Counted from the first letter of the whole stretch, positions 1 through 13,879 are shown. The stretch is 63,427 bases of DNA, filler included, from Welwitschia mirabilis (GCA_051453625.1; 7 parts of one record of this genome joined end to end with filler, not necessarily neighbours in it), one strand, 5' to 3'. Numbers and translations are program-made. The notes: a model not told the origin generated them from the letters alone.

Positions 1-1601
1 AATAATAGATTTAAACAAAAGTGAACTAAAACTATAGAGCAAATACAAATTAAATGAAAAAGATCGAGGTTCAAGAGAAAGAAATCAAGCTTCTTAAAGA
101 AAAACAAGAATATCCTTCTTTTTTCATACTAGTGAATTATCCTTCATCAGAGAAAAATTTGATAATGGTTATAAATAATGAATTATCCTTAATTCCAGGA
201 AGAGCTAGACAGCTGTCCCACATCAAACTTCTCCTGCAGATTCTAAAATGCTCTTGTGATAAATTTTAAATTCCATCAAAGAAATATTAGTTCTTTCAAC
301 TAATCAAACCCGATAGAATAGCTAAAAGAAGAAAATAGTAGGGTACTTTATGAAAATAGGCTTTTAGAGGTCAGATTAGGTAAGAGAATAAGGTTTGAAG
401 ATGAGGAATTAAGAGTACTATGAAACACATACTTATACCCCCAAAAGCTGTATAATTATTTTGTTAATTATGAAAGAGTTATAAATTATATCATACAAAA
501 AATAGANNNNNNNNNNNNNNNNNNNNNNNNNNNNNNNNNNNNNNNNNNNNNNNNNNNNNNNNNNNNNNNNNNNNNNNNNNNNNNNNNNNNNNNNNNNNNN
601 NNNNNNTTATTTTGTTAATTATGAAAGAGTTATAAATTATATCATACAAAAAATAGAGAAGGGATGGGAGAGAATCATAAGAGTATCCAACCAAGTGCTA
701 GAAGAAGTAAATGCCACTAAAGATAAAGCAACAATGGGATAGAGTCAGAAAACATTAAGTAAGCTCCTCCAAGTTTGTGAAGGCTTCAAAAAGGACATTT
801 TCCTTTTTACCATCACCGAGCAAGATTTGAATTATGTAAATGATCAAAAACATCAACTTTTATCATGCATGAGAATGCTTAGAGAAGCCTTTACAAACAT
901 TTGTTTCAAGATGAAAGGAGGAGAAGAGATAAGTACTATCCTATATGGGATCTCTTCTAGAATTAGAGAATCAAAAAACCCTCTTCCACTTAACTTGTCA
1001 ATTTTAAAGGTATTCCAAATACCAAGAAAGATAAATAATTAAAAGGGAAGTAGACTAAGGTACCTCATTCAAATTAAGAAGATATAACTTTGGATGATAC
1101 AACCCTTTTGAAAGAATAAACTGAAGTAATAAAGCAGTTGAAGGAATCAAGTAAGTCATAGGCTAAGTCGGGGCTCAACATAGTAGAAAAGAAGAAGACN
1201 NNNNNNNNNNNNNNNNNNNNNNNNNNNNNNNNNNNNNNNNNNNNNNNNNNNNNNNNNNNNNNNNNNNNNNNNNNNNNNNNNNNNNNNNNNNNNNNNNNNN
1301 NNNNNNNNNNNNNNNNNNNNNNNNNNNNNNNNNNNNNNNNNNNNNNNNNNNNNNNNNNNNNNNNNNNNNNNNNNNNNNNNNNNNNNNNNNNNNNNNNNNN
1401 NNNNNNNNNNNNNNNNNNNNNNNNNNNNNNNNNNNNNNNNNNNNNNNNNNNNNNNNNNNNNNNNNNNNNNNNNNNNNNNNNNNNNNNNNNNNNNNNNNNN
1501 NNNNNNNNNNNNNNNNNNNNNNNNNNNNNNNNNNNNNNNNNNNAAAGTGCATTCAAGAAAAGAGATCATAAGAGGACAGGTTGTAAAGTTATTTTTTGAA
1601 A

Positions 1602-1612
1602 GCTCTAATACC
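1602..1612 (-). promoter_or_regulatory. tRNA-iMet-type primer binding site of a minus-strand LTR retrotransposon (LTR to the right from ~1613, internal region to the left)
   Basis: + strand GCTCTAATACC followed by TGTG...; the reverse complement reads ...CACA GGTATTAGAGC, matching TGGTATCAGAGC with a C>T change, directly after a CA LTR end. The internal region 1-1600 could not be assigned to a domain. Confidence 0.5.
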
Positions 1613-2099
1613 TGTGTGAAAATATAGGAGGAGTAAATATTTATACTTTTATTAAGTAATATAAGTTGTATTATTTTGAAAATAATCTTGTGTTGCTAAA
1701 GTATGTGATCTGAAAACATTACATGTTATTTCTTTTCTACTCTTAATATTAATGTTAGCTAGAATTAATATTAATATAGTATGATAATTAAAAATAATGG
1801 GTGCATGTGATCTATCTGCATTTCTTTTATTCTGGTTNNNNNNNNNNNNNNNNNNNNNNNNNNNNNNNNNNNNNNNNNNNNNNNNNNNNNNNNNNNNNNN
1901 NNNNNNNNNNNNNNNNNNNNNNNNNNNNNNNNNNNNNGGGGTCTTTTGCTTTTCATCATTCTGTAAACTAATATCCACAAGTAGGTTTTTATTAGAATAC
2001 TCTTTTTATCAAGAATAGTCATTCTTGATAAAGTCCATGTCCTAACTTTAGGTCTTCATTATAAGTCAAAACTAGAATGAAAAAAAGTTTCTTTATAAA

Positions 2100-3011
2100 A
2101 ACTTTAATGATTTCAGTCTGTGCATTATTGTGATAGGTTAAGATACATTATTTTTCTAGTAGTTTATTGAATCATAGTTTGTTTTTAAGCATTTTGTTAA
2201 ATTATTTTACTATTTTAAAAGTATTTTAGATACATTATAGGCTTATAATTTATCCAATCATCCTATATTAAAATCAATTTTGATTTTGGTTTTGATTTTG
2301 TTTTTGATTTTTAAGGTTTGAAGAATTTTGATTGAATTCACACATCTCTTCATAAATTTTCTCTTTATAACTTGATAATAAAGGACACTCTTGACTTACA
2401 TGATAGTTACCTTTATACAAATTACAAGTTGAAATCACACTCTTTTTATTTATCACTTTTGCATTTAAAGTCATTTGAGTATATTTTTCTAATGTTGTTG
2501 TAAAATACTTAATGATTTTTATTAGTTCTTTTTTTATTTTTACTTCCTCCTTTTCTTGTTTTACTTTTTTAAGATCTTTTACGATTTTATCTAGAGTATG
2601 ATTTTCTGTATGTGTTGGCTTAAGCTATGTTTGACTTATTCCACTAGTTATTCTAACAATCTTCATGCATTTTCTAATATGAGATTTATTAAATTTCTAC
2701 CACATGAAAAATATATAAGTTATTTGGTTTGGATATTTATTAAGTCCATTGTAGAAATAATCTACTAATTCTTCTTGAGTGAATGCATATATAGGAGTAG
2801 AATGTATTGCAATAAAAAATCATTCATAATTAGAGGCATAATATTAATTAGATTGTTGTTTGGTATTATCTTTCTTTCTTTTTCTTATTTTGTTTCACTC
2901 ATAAATATTTTTATAAAGGCTTCTTGAACTTAATTCCATGTTTTTAAGCTTTTATGTGGAATAATTTTAACCATAACTTTGCTTTTCCTTTTAATGTAAT
3001 AGAAAATATAA
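2100..3011 (-). pseudogene. Ty3/gypsy (Athila-like) gag, decayed
   Basis: Manual translation gives FSITLKGKAKLWLK..KSLKTWN*VQEAFIKIF (retrotransposon gag domain). ORF 2274-2474 (CNLYKGNYHVSQECPLL) resembles the knuckle CELCEENHSVTKCPFL of the gag at 50287-50553. Confidence 0.7.
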
Positions 3012-4140
3012 NNNNNNNNNNNNNNNNNNNNNNNNNNNNNNNNNNNNNNNNNNNNNNNNNNNNNNNNNNNNNNNNNNNNNNNNNNNNNNNNNNNNNNNNN
3101 NNNNNNNNNNNNNNNNNNNNNNNNNNNNNNNNNNNNNNNNNNNNNNNNNNNNNNNNNNNNNNNNNNNNNNNNNNNNNNNNNNNNNNNNNNNNNNNNNNNN
3201 NNNNNNNNNNNNNNNNNNNNNNNNNNNNNNNNNNNNNNNNNNNNNNNNNNNNNNNNNNNNNNNNNNNNNNNNNNNNNNNNNNNNNNNNNNNNNNNNNNNN
3301 NNNNNNNNNNNNNNNNNNNNNNNNNNNNNNNNNNNNNNNNNNNNNNNNNNNNNNNNNNNNNNNNNNNNNNNNNNNNNNNNNNNNNNNNNNNNNNNNNNNN
3401 NNNNNNNNNNNNNNNNNNNNNNNNNNNNNNNNNNNNNNNNNNNNNNNNNNNNNNNNNNNNNNNNNNNNNNNNNNNNNNNNNNNNNNNNNNNNNNNNNNNN
3501 NNNNNNNNNNNNNNNNNNNNNNNNNNNNNNNNNNNNNNNNNNNNNNNNNNNNNNNNNNNNNNNNNNNNNNNNNNNNNNNNNNNNNNNNNNNNNNNNNNNN
3601 NNNNNNNNNNNNNNNNNNNNNNNNNNNNNNNNNNNNNNNNNNNNNNNNNNNNNNNNNNNNNNNNNNNNNNNNNNNNNNNNNNNNNNNNNNNNNNNNNNNN
3701 NNNNNNNNNNNNNNNNNNNNNNNNNNNNNNNNNNNNNNNNNNNNNNNNNNNNNNNNNNNNNNNNNNNNNNNNNNNNNNNNNNNNNNNNNNNNNNNNNNNN
3801 NNNNNNNNNNNNNNNNNNNNNNNNNNNNNNNNNNNNNNNNNNNNNNNNNNNNNNNNNNNNNNNNNNNNNNNNNNNNNNNNNNNNNNNNNNNNNNNNNNNN
3901 NNNNNNNNNNNNNNCTTTGAATATTTTATGTATTTAAGGTATGCACACCTAGGTTTATTTCATAGTCAATCAAACCTTCTTAAATGTTTTCTTCAATCAA
4001 TAGCTACTCTTTCTAATATTTTGTTTTTTTTACTAGAGTTTACCATGTCCTAGCATGTTTAGTTTTATTTCTATATATGCCATCTTTTTGATCATCTGAA
4101 CAATGTGCATAGACAATAAAAGAAATAAAAAAAATCCAAA

Positions 4141-4420
4141 AAAAACCTAATTCTTATGAAAACAAAAAACCCTAAGTTTCATAGGCCGTTGTTACTACAT
4201 GTTGCCTAAATAATAAGGGAAATGACAGGGCATTATTTTTGGAATGCAAATAAAAACTAATAGTCATCTACTAAGTTACCTGAATGATAGAGAGAATGAT
4301 AAGAAAAACCTAATTCTTATGAAAATAAAAAACCCTAAGTTTCATAGGCCATTGTGACTACATGTTGTCTAAATAATAAGGAAAACTACAGGGCATTATT
4401 TTTGGAATGCAAATAAAAAA
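4141..4420. repeat. ~117-bp direct duplication (4141-4257 and 4304-4420) in the gypsy 5' leader
   Basis: AAAAACCTAATTCTTATGAAAA...GGGCATTATTTTTGGAATGCAAATAAAAA occurs twice with few substitutions and no N gap between the copies. Confidence 0.85.
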
Positions 4421-4540
4421 ATGTGAAAATAAAAACATATGTTTATATTATAAAGATATAATGTTACTATAGACAAATACCTAAATTAAAATTCAAACTA
4501 CTTATCTAAGCAATTATAATCCTGAACTCCAAGCAACCCT

Positions 4541-4557
4541 CCTCGATAATGGTGCCA
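4541..4557 (-). promoter_or_regulatory. Athila-type primer binding site, with the 5' LTR to the right from ~4561
   Basis: Reverse complement TGGCACCATTATCGAGG equals the Athila-type PBS TGGCGCCGTTGCCGGGG with only transition changes. It is next to TGTTG (LTR end on the minus strand) and upstream of the minus-strand gag. Confidence 0.6.
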
Positions 4558-5805
4558 AGATGTTGTGGTGCATATTTATGCAAATATTACATCCTTGTAA
4601 AAATATTAAAAATCACAAAAAATATATATTGCTTAAGACAATAAACTAATATATATGAAAGTAACCTNNNNNNNNNNNNNNNNNNNNNNNNNNNNNNNNN
4701 NNNNNNNNNNNNNNNNNNNNAAAGAAATAATTATGCACTTTTTAGTAGAACAAAATAACAATGCAAATGAGATGCAAGATCTATTTTAAATACAACATCT
4801 ATTTGATTACCAAATTAACCTATCACCAAGATCAGTCCTACATAACTTAGATTAATCAAGATAAGCTATACTAAACTAAGATTAACTTAAGCTATCAGGT
4901 GCCTCAAATAAAATATAAAAATAATGCAAAGTTAATCTAAGAGATGAAATGAAATGCACTTANNNNNNNNNNNNNNNNNNNNNNNNNNNNNNNNNNNNNN
5001 NNNNNNNNNNNNNNNNNNNNNNNNNNNNNNNNNNNNNNNNNNNNNNNNNNNNNNNNNNNNNNNNNNNNNNNNNNNNNNNNNNNNNNNNNNNNNNNNNNNN
5101 NNNNNNNNNNNNNNNNNNNNNNNNNNNNNNNNNNNNNNNNNNNNNNNNNNNNNNNNNNNNNNNNNNNNNNNNNNNNNNNNNNNNNNNNNNNNNNNNNNNN
5201 NNNNNNNNNNNNNNNNNNNNNNNNNNNNNNNNNNNNNNNNNNNNNNNNNNNNNNNNNNNNNNNNNNNNNNNNNNNNNNNNNNNNNNNNNNNNNNNNNNNN
5301 NNNNNNNNNNNNNNNNNNNNNNNNNNNNNNNNNNNNNNNNNNNNNNNNNNNNNNGCATAAGAAAAATGGTAAAAGTTTGGTGAATTATTATATTTAGATG
5401 TCATCCTACTTCATTCCTAAGGGATAATGCCATATCATATAAGATTCACATTAGCTATCAGATTAGTCCAGTAAGTCTCCTAGTTAGCATATGTTTTTTT
5501 TATTATCTATATGATCATCTAAACAATCAGGTAAATGATGGGCTTTGTAAAGATGTCTCTTGTATCAGATGAGCCTCTTTGATTACAGAATTTCTACTTT
5601 AGATAAGAAGTATTGTAATTTTCTTTAAATACTATCAAATGTAANNNNNNNNNNNNNNNNNNNNNNNNNNNNNNNNNNNNNNNNNNNNNNNNNNNNNNNN
5701 NNNNNNNNNNNNNNNNNNNNNNNNNNNNNNNNNNNNNNNNNNNNNNNNNNNNNNNNNNNNNNNNNNNNNNNNNNNNNNNNNNNNNNNNNNNNNNNNNNNN
5801 NNNNN

Positions 5806-7043
5806 TTAAAATTTTAGTATTATCTCTACAAAAAATAGTGCTGTAGGTAGAAGACATAGGCTACTAGCAGGAATTGCATGTCTTATTCAAAGTTTCCTAG
5901 AGCATCTTATCAAACTTAAAAAGGTGATTGATACAAATAATATATTTGGCTAAAAATTCATTACCATTATGGCTATGTTTATTTTACTATTTGTTATTTT
6001 GCTTCTATAGAATCATCTATTTATACTAACATAGGATTATATAAAGGTTTTTCTTTCTAATATTTAGAAGAAGATGTTGCATATTTTCAAATAAAAGGAA
6101 AGGTTTTCATTTGTGGAGATTTTAATTCTTGAATTAGATTGCAATAAATAGATCTTATATAATGGCATTATTAGAATGTGGAATAGATGCTTCTAATGTA
6201 AAGTTGTCTCAACACTCTATTAATAAGACTTTTAATACAACTAAATTTTTTTTTCTAAAGGTGATGGATCTATTGATCTGTAATGTTTTAGAAAGATTCT
6301 TTAGATTACAAATTTAACATTTATAAGGATCCAAGAAAATTCATGTATTAATTTCCTTCTATCTTCTTTTGAGGATATATAGTCTATGAAGGATTTTAGA
6401 GTAGGTAATGATTTGATGGAATCACACCATCATCATTTGGGGTTTGTGATAGAAATTACTTTAAATTTAAATAAGAATAAAAAATAAAAGAAGAAACACC
6501 ATTAGAGAATAATAATTCTAGAGGCAAAAGAAGAATTTAAATTAGTTGTACAAAATCTATGGAAATCTCAAAGAAAAACTAAAAATTTAGAAAAAAATTT
6601 ATTAAATGCAACTATTAAAACTTCTAAAGAAAATATTTAATGCATTCAAAATTCTTGGTTTGATGATGAATGTAAAGATGCAAGAAGAAATATTAAAATA
6701 ATAGATAAACATCAAAGGGAAGCAATGACAAAAAGATACAAAAGACTAGTTAAAAGTAAAAAGAGACAATTTATCAAAGATAAATAAGAACATTTCATTT
6801 GCATGATCGAAAAAGTTCCTAAGAAATTTTGAAATTCTTCCCAACATTAAGAATCCTTGATTTTAAATCTCTCTTTTTCTACAATATGTGATTTTTACAA
6901 AAATCTTTTTTTAAATGCAGATGAGAAAAGCTCTATTATTAATTATTAAAATCCTTTGCAATGTACTTTTAAAGAAGTTTTAGCTGGCATTAATAGATTA
7001 GCTAAGGAAAAGGCCTTTGATTTAACTAGTTTATACACTGAGC
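5806..7043 (+). mobile_element. LINE (non-LTR retrotransposon) ORF2 fragment: APE endonuclease, linker and start of RT; pseudogenised
   Basis: Manual translation shows GIACLI, YIWLKI, ICYF, GKVFICGDFNS (GDFN from 6115), ESHH (decayed SDH motif), SWFDDECKDARR (W at 6656) and EVLAGINRLAKEKA (pre-RT motif), with many stops. Confidence 0.8.
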
Positions 7044-7087
7044 NNNNNNNNNNNNNNNNNNNNNNNNNNNNNNNNNNNNNNNNNNNN

Positions 7088-7099
7088 TTAATTAATTAA
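7088..7099. other. Artificial scaffolding spacer TTAATTAATTAA within N runs (also at 27808, 33351, 41527, 53392, 59768)
   Basis: Identical 12-mer with stops in all six frames, flanked by ~44 N each side to give ~100 bp, seen six times. Confidence 0.95.
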
Positions 7100-7733
7100 N
7101 NNNNNNNNNNNNNNNNNNNNNNNNNNNNNNNNNNNNNNNNNNNATCAAGTAACATGTCCTAATAAAATTATGAACAAATGTGCAAGGTAAGAGAAAGTTT
7201 TATTTTAAGCATATTCATGATAATCAATTTGATTCACCAATTCACTGGCTCATAGTAAAAATCCTAATGAAGACACATAACCTTATTAGCAAAGTTTGAT
7301 TAATACTACATTCTCTTAGAATTAAAAGTAAAAGATGGAATAGCATCCCCAAAGAAAAGAGAACATGCAGATTATGTAATTTAGAAGCCCTTAAAGATGA
7401 ATGACTTATTTTACTTTTTTGTCATACTACAAAACCTATGAGAAAAAAATTCAATATCACTATAAGAAATCTCTTTGATTTTTATTTTTATATTGCATCT
7501 AGTGATTGTTGACCATTTTATTGAATCTATCTTTGTATTCCATGACATGATCATTTCCTCTATCTAATAAATCCTTTAGATCGTTAGACCTAATAAAAAT
7601 TTAGTTTTAGTTTTAGTTTCATAATTCTTAGGAAAGGATTATAAAGAATCCAAGGGTTATAGGGCTTTCGTCTTCCCTTTTCACTTATCTTGCACAGTTT
7701 TAGGTACTTTCCTAGAGTAGCCGATGATCTTAC

Positions 7734-8038
7734 TATTAGAAGGCAATGTGTTCTTAGTATCAAAACACTAAAATGCTCCTACATTAGAGTGTCAAAACAC
7801 TTTGGTAGATTATGTAATCTATCCTACTTAGTTAGCAATCTATTAGGAATTAGTTAATGTTGTTTAAGTTATTTCTATTTCTGTTATGATAAGGTATGAT
7901 TATCTTGATATAAACAATCATAACCCAGAATATTATGTTCTTGCATTTTGTGCTTTTAATAATCTAAGCTTTAAAAAGCTTTGCATTAATTTTCTTTGTG
8001 CTCTCTAAGATTTACTGCTTTCTCACTAAGAACCAACA
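7734..8038 (+). repeat. 5' LTR of the copia element (second partial copy 8754-8958 with PBS at 8959 after an N gap)
   Basis: Aligns by eye with 13880-14238 and 14339-14674; followed directly by the iMet-type PBS. Confidence 0.9.
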
Positions 8039-9294
8039 TGGTATTAGAGTAGGAATTTATCTCAAGTAGTAATAACTTTGTAATTGATAAAGCTAGTTTA
8101 TATGTCAACATAATAAATGATGAAGAAGTTTTTAATCTATTTGAAAATGATCCAATAGAAACCAGTGAATACTATATAGCCATTTAGTATGATAGATATT
8201 GCCATATCAAGGATAAAGAAATAGATGATTTATCATCATCCTTTAAATGGATGTTATTACCCCACAAGTGGAACTCACAGGAATTTTTGTTTACTGCAAC
8301 TATCTTCACAAATGCTGCATTACTTTATCTAGGTAAAAAAATAAAACTCAAACATAATGATTTCAATCTAGAAAATGAGGATCGATGATTTCATTGCTAT
8401 GTTGGAATTGAAAAGATATCTTAAAAGTCTAGTTTCAGATTACAAGGAAAATGAAGCTTACATAGTCTACCTGTGTATAGTTATAAACATTAGCAATGAA
8501 GTGTATCCCATGACTTATGGGAAAGAAAAATAACAAGATGTTTGGAGCTATCTTTCAAAGACCTTTGAACTAAAAAATAAGATGATGAAGTAATTCTTAA
8601 TGGTAGAATTACACTCTCTACAACTAGGAAAGAATAAAGATCTCTCTAATTCANNNNNNNNNNNNNNNNNNNNNNNNNNNNNNNNNNNNNNNNNNNNNNN
8701 NNNNNNNNNNNNNNNNNNNNNNNNNNNNNNNNNNNNNNNNNNNNNNNNNNNNNATTGATATAAATAATCATAACCTAGAATATTGTATTTATGTATTGAT
8801 CTTTCACTTTGGAAGATGTATAATAAATTACATTATTCTCTCTTCATATTTTAAGTGTTCTTGCATTTTGCGCTTTTAATATTCTAAGCTTTAAAAAGCT
8901 TTGCATTAATTTTCTTTGTGCTCTATAAGATTTACTGCTTTCTCACTAAGGACCAACATGGTATTAGAGAAGGGATTAACCTCAAGTGGTAACAACTTTG
9001 TAATTGATGAAGCTAGATTGCATGTCAACATAATAAATGATAAAGAAGTTTTCAATCTATTTGGAAATGATCCAATGGAAACCAGTGAATACTATATAGC
9101 CATTTAGTATGAGAGATATTGCCATGTCAAGGATAAAGAAATAGATGATTTATCATCATCCTTTAAATGAATGTTATTACCCCATGAGTGGAACTCATAG
9201 GAATCTGTGTTTGTTGCAACTATATTCACAAATACTGCATTACTTTATCTAGGTAAAAAAATAAAACTCAAACATAATTATTTCAATCTAGAAA

Positions 9295-12200
9295 ATGAGG
9301 ATCGATGATTTCATTGCTATGTTGGAATTGGAAAGATATCTTAAAAGTCTAGTTCCAGATTACAAGGAAAATGAGGCTCACATACTCTACCTGTGTATAG
9401 TTATAAACATTAGCGATCAAGTGTATTCCATGATTTATGGGAAAGAAAAATAACAAGATGTTTGAAGCTATCTTTCAAATACCTTTGAAGTAAAAAATAA
9501 GATGATGAAGTAATCCCTAATGGCAAAATTACACTCTCTACAACTAGGAAAGAATAAAGATCTCTCTAATTCAAAGAAGAAAATCATTAAAATCAAAATG
9601 GATATCTCAATACAGATGTGAAGTAAGATTGATGAAGAAATAGTTAAATTTGCCTTACTGAATGTGCTACCTTCCAAGTTTGACATTTTTAAAGAACCAT
9701 TGAAGTTCTTCAATTAGAGAAATATGTCTAAGACACTATTTACNNNNNNNNNNNNNNNNNNNNNNNNNNNNNNNNNNNNNNNNNNNNNNNNNNNNNNNNN
9801 NNNNNNNNNNNNNNNNNNNNNNNNNNNNNNNNNNNNNNNNNNNNNNNNNNNNNNNNNNNNNNNNNNNNNNNNNNNNNNNNNNNNNNNNNNNNNNNNNNNN
9901 NNNNNNNNNNNNNNNNNNNNNNNNNNNNNNNNNNNNNNNNNNNNNNNNNNNNNNNNNNNNNNNNNNNNNNNNNNNNNNNNNNNNNNNNNNNNNNNNNNNN
10001 NNNNNNNNNNNNNNNNNNNNNNNNNNNNNNNNNNNNNNNNNNNNNNNNNNNNNNNNNNNNNNNNNNNNNNNNNNNNNNNNNNNNNNNNNNNNNNNNNNNN
10101 NNNNNNNNNNNNNNNNNNNNNNNNNNNNNNNNNNNNNNNNNNNNNNNNNNNNNNNNNNNNNNNNNNNNNNNNNNNNNNNNNNNNNNNNNNNNNNNNNNNN
10201 NNNNNNNNNNAAAAGGGATATCTCGATACAGATGTAAAGTAAGGTTGATGAAGAAATAGTTAAATTTTCCTTACTGAATGTGCTACCTTCCAAGTTTGAC
10301 ATTTTTAAAGAAGTATTGAAGTTCTTCAATTAGACGAATATGTTTAAGATACTATTTACATAAGTTAACCAGGCTGACATTGAGTTGAAAATGAAAGAGA
10401 AGAAGATAAAAGTGGCACTAGGTATCCAAACTAAGCAAACGAGGAAACCTATCTACTACAAATTCTATAAGAAAAATGGATTTCACTTAGTAAGGAACTA
10501 TTTTAACAATTCCAAAAATCCCAGAAACAAGTTACAAAAAGAAGATAAAAAGGATGGGATAGCTTTTAAATCATTAAAGCAGAAGATAGTAGAAACATCA
10601 AAATAGCTAAATCTTAAAGAATTCTCTCCTATTTCCATCACAAAAGTTGTAGAAACCTCTATTGGTAGTGAAAATAACTAGTTTATAGACTCCGATGAAT
10701 CCATTCACATAATTGGAAAAAAAAATTACCTTTTAAGATTATGATCCTTACCAAATTCCTTGGTAAAAACTATCATAACTAATGATATAACAATACTACA
10801 GACTTATCAAGTTGGAGAGGTGGATATTTCCCTAATTAATTTAAAGGACGTTCTTTACATTTAAAATTTCAAGATGAACCTAATTTTAGTATCCTGCCTT
10901 ATTAAGGATGAATATAGGATAAGTTTCAAAGTAGAAGGAAATGATACAATCTATGTCATTTTAAAACATGACAACAAAATCGTAGCCAAATAGGATGAAG
11001 GAACTTATTTACTACATCCAAAATAATAAAAATCAATGATAGCTAAGGAGGATTAAGAAGTGAACATTTGGAATTAAAGGTTAGTACATGTAAATTTTAA
11101 GAAGCTAATTGGGTTACATAACAAGCTTCTTTGATACCAAAACTAAATAGTGAAAGGTTGGTTTACAAATCTTATCATATGGGTAAGTTTTTAAGAAAGC
11201 CATTTAAGGGATATTAATGCATGTTAACAAGCTCAAAGCTTGAACTAATACATAGTAATCTCTGTGGTCCCCTTCTCAAATCCATTAAATGTTAAAAGTA
11301 CATTTTGATCTTTATAAATGACTTCACATGTAGTGTTTCATCTACTTCCTTTGAAATAATATTAGATGATTGATGCCTTTAAGGTATTCCTACATCTTGT
11401 GAAGAACCAAACAGACTTGACTATGAAGCATCTAAGAATGGATGGAGGGGGTAGTATATTTTACAACTGTTTCAAGATTTTTTTTGAACTAAAAGATATC
11501 AAACACGAAGTTAATCCACTACACACTCCTCAACTAAATGGAGTAGCTAAAATAAAGAATTAGACCATAATGTAAATGATGCATAGTATTTTGTATAACA
11601 TAAAAATTCCAAAATATCTATGAATAGAAGCAGTAAGTACTATAGTTTATCTTCAAAACAAAATACCTACTAAGACCTCAAAAGGAGATATTCCATTAAA
11701 ATTATGATCTGAAAAAGAGATCTCCTATGCTTATCTTCATGTTTTTGAAAACAAGTATTTCATTTTGGATAATTTGAAACATGAAAAACTCTAAAACAAA
11801 GCCCTAATATGCTATCACTTGGATTAATCTAAAGAGAACCAAGCTTACAAAGTATGAAATCCTTACTCTAGGTAGGTGATGATATCCACAAATGTTAAAT
11901 TTTATGAGAGATCCATTAGCTATGTAGAAGACACATCAAAAACAAATGTGATATCAAAGCAAGTGCTTCGGGACATGTTCCAGGACATGATAACCAAGAT
12001 TAAGGGAAATGAGATAGAAGATACTCATTGCCCTAAGGTTATAATCTCTAAAATAAGAGATGATATCAGAGACACTGATACAGGGAACCAATCTAAGAAA
12101 TTTTCTCTCCAAAGAACTAGAGAAGAAGATGAGCTCTCTGAATTAAATAGCAAGATAGTCCAATGAGGAATGAAGCCTTAAAACAAGGTACCTAAGTAGG

Positions 12201-13840
12201 CTCAACAAATTCAAAATGACTTAAGGGATGCTGAGAAAAGTCTAATTAAAGAACAAAACACTAGTCATATAACTAGAAGTGGTTAATCATTTATTTTAAA
12301 AACAAATGTAAAAATAGAGGAACCAGAAAGTGTTGCAGTAGAACTATCCAATCCAAATTGGAAGTTGGTGGTGTAGGAAGAATATAATATGTTGATAAAA
12401 AATAACACATGGGTACTTGAGGAATCTAATTAAAAACCGATAAATACTAGATAGGTATTTTGAATCAAATATAATCAAGATGGCTTTATCAATAAATACA
12501 AATTAAGATTTATTATTAAAGCTTTCTCTCAAAAAGAGGGAATTAAGTTCAATGATACCTTTGTTCCTATAGCAAAAATCAGAATGATAAGAGTTCTATT
12601 AGCATTGGCGACATAATATGAATGGGATATAGTATAAATAGATGTCAAATCCACATTCTTGAATGGCAACTTAGATGAAAAGATCTTCATAACTTAACCA
12701 GAAGAATTCCAAGTACTAGACTCGGAGTAAAAAGTCTATAGGCTTAAAAAAATTTCCCTATGGTCTAAAACAAGATCCTTGTAACTGGTATGAGAAAATA
12801 AATAAATTTTTATTGGGCATCGAGTTTAGCTAGACAACTGCAGACAAAAACTTGTATGTGAAATAATACAAAAACTTGAGACATGTGGAAATACTGATTT
12901 TATATATCAATAACATAATAATAATAGGTGAGAATAAGTAGTCAATCAAAGATACTAATATCAAACTTGGTGAAGAATTTGAAATTTTAGACCTCGACGC
13001 ACTGAAATATTTCCTAGGATTCCAAACTAGGAGAGAGAAAAAATATTAAAAATATTCTAAGAAAAGTATACTAAGATATACTTAGTAACTGGAATATGGA
13101 GAATTGCCACATAAGAAAAAATCCGATGAAGCTAGCCTCAATTCTTGAGGTGATCAAAATAGACACAAAGATAGATGTCAAGTGTTACCAATGTCTTATG
13201 GGAAGATAATATACTTAACTAATACAAGATTGAACATTAACTTTATAGTAAATAAGTTAGCTAGGAGAATGCACGATCCATATGAGATTCACATGAATCT
13301 TAGCATTAATGTGTTAAAATACTTTACTAGAATAGTAAAGTATGATATTATGTTTCAACAAGGAAGTGGAGGCTTTACTAGACATACAAATTTATATTGG
13401 GTAGGAGCAGAGGAAAGATGCTCTACCACAGGGTTCGTGATTTAGTATAATAAGGCATCTATCTCATGGTTAAGTTAGAAGAAAAAGATTCCAACTCTTT
13501 CTTCTATTAAAGTAGAATATATTGCTGCAGTAACAATGTGCTATGAATTAAAATCACCACATTAAGTCTTATGGATCTTGGTAAAGTTATCAAGACACTA
13601 GTAAAAATATTCTATGACAATCAAAGTGCCATTAAGCTAGTGAAAAATCCTATATTTAATGAATGGATGTAACACATCAAAGTAAACCATAACTATATTC
13701 ATTATCTATAGAAGGAGAAGTTCATGGACCCAGACTATATCAATACATAGTGCAATAAAGTAGATGGCCTAAACATGCCACTCAGCAGATGTAAATTTTC
13801 ACAATTTCTTGAAGGCATCCAAATAACTAATGTTACCTAA
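9295..13840 (+). pseudogene. Copia gag-pol polyprotein pseudogene
   Basis: Decayed Zn knuckle YKFYKKNGFHLVRNY (~10456), protease *FIDSDESIHI (~10679), integrase ELIHSNLCGP and LRMDGGG...HTPQLNGVA, RT EEYNMLIKNNTW and IDVKSTFLNG, RNase H LSSIKVEYIA and IFYDNQSAI; many stops and frameshifts. Confidence 0.92.
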
Positions 13841-13879
13841 GTCAAGGAACTAGTTAGAGTAGTTTAGATTAAGAAACGG

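Noticed and set aside
1-1600. Endogenous caulimovirus downstream of the iMet PBS
   Set aside because: No movement protein, coat protein or RT motif recognised in manual translation; an LTR retrotransposon junction is sufficient.
7088-7099. TTAATTAATTAA as a biological repeat or recombination site
   Set aside because: Always centred in fixed-length N runs; it is an artificial six-frame-stop spacer.
8754-9572. Tandem copia with three or four LTRs
   Set aside because: The extra LTR/gag copies restart right after 100-N gaps and overlap the preceding sequence; most simply an assembly or haplotype duplication.
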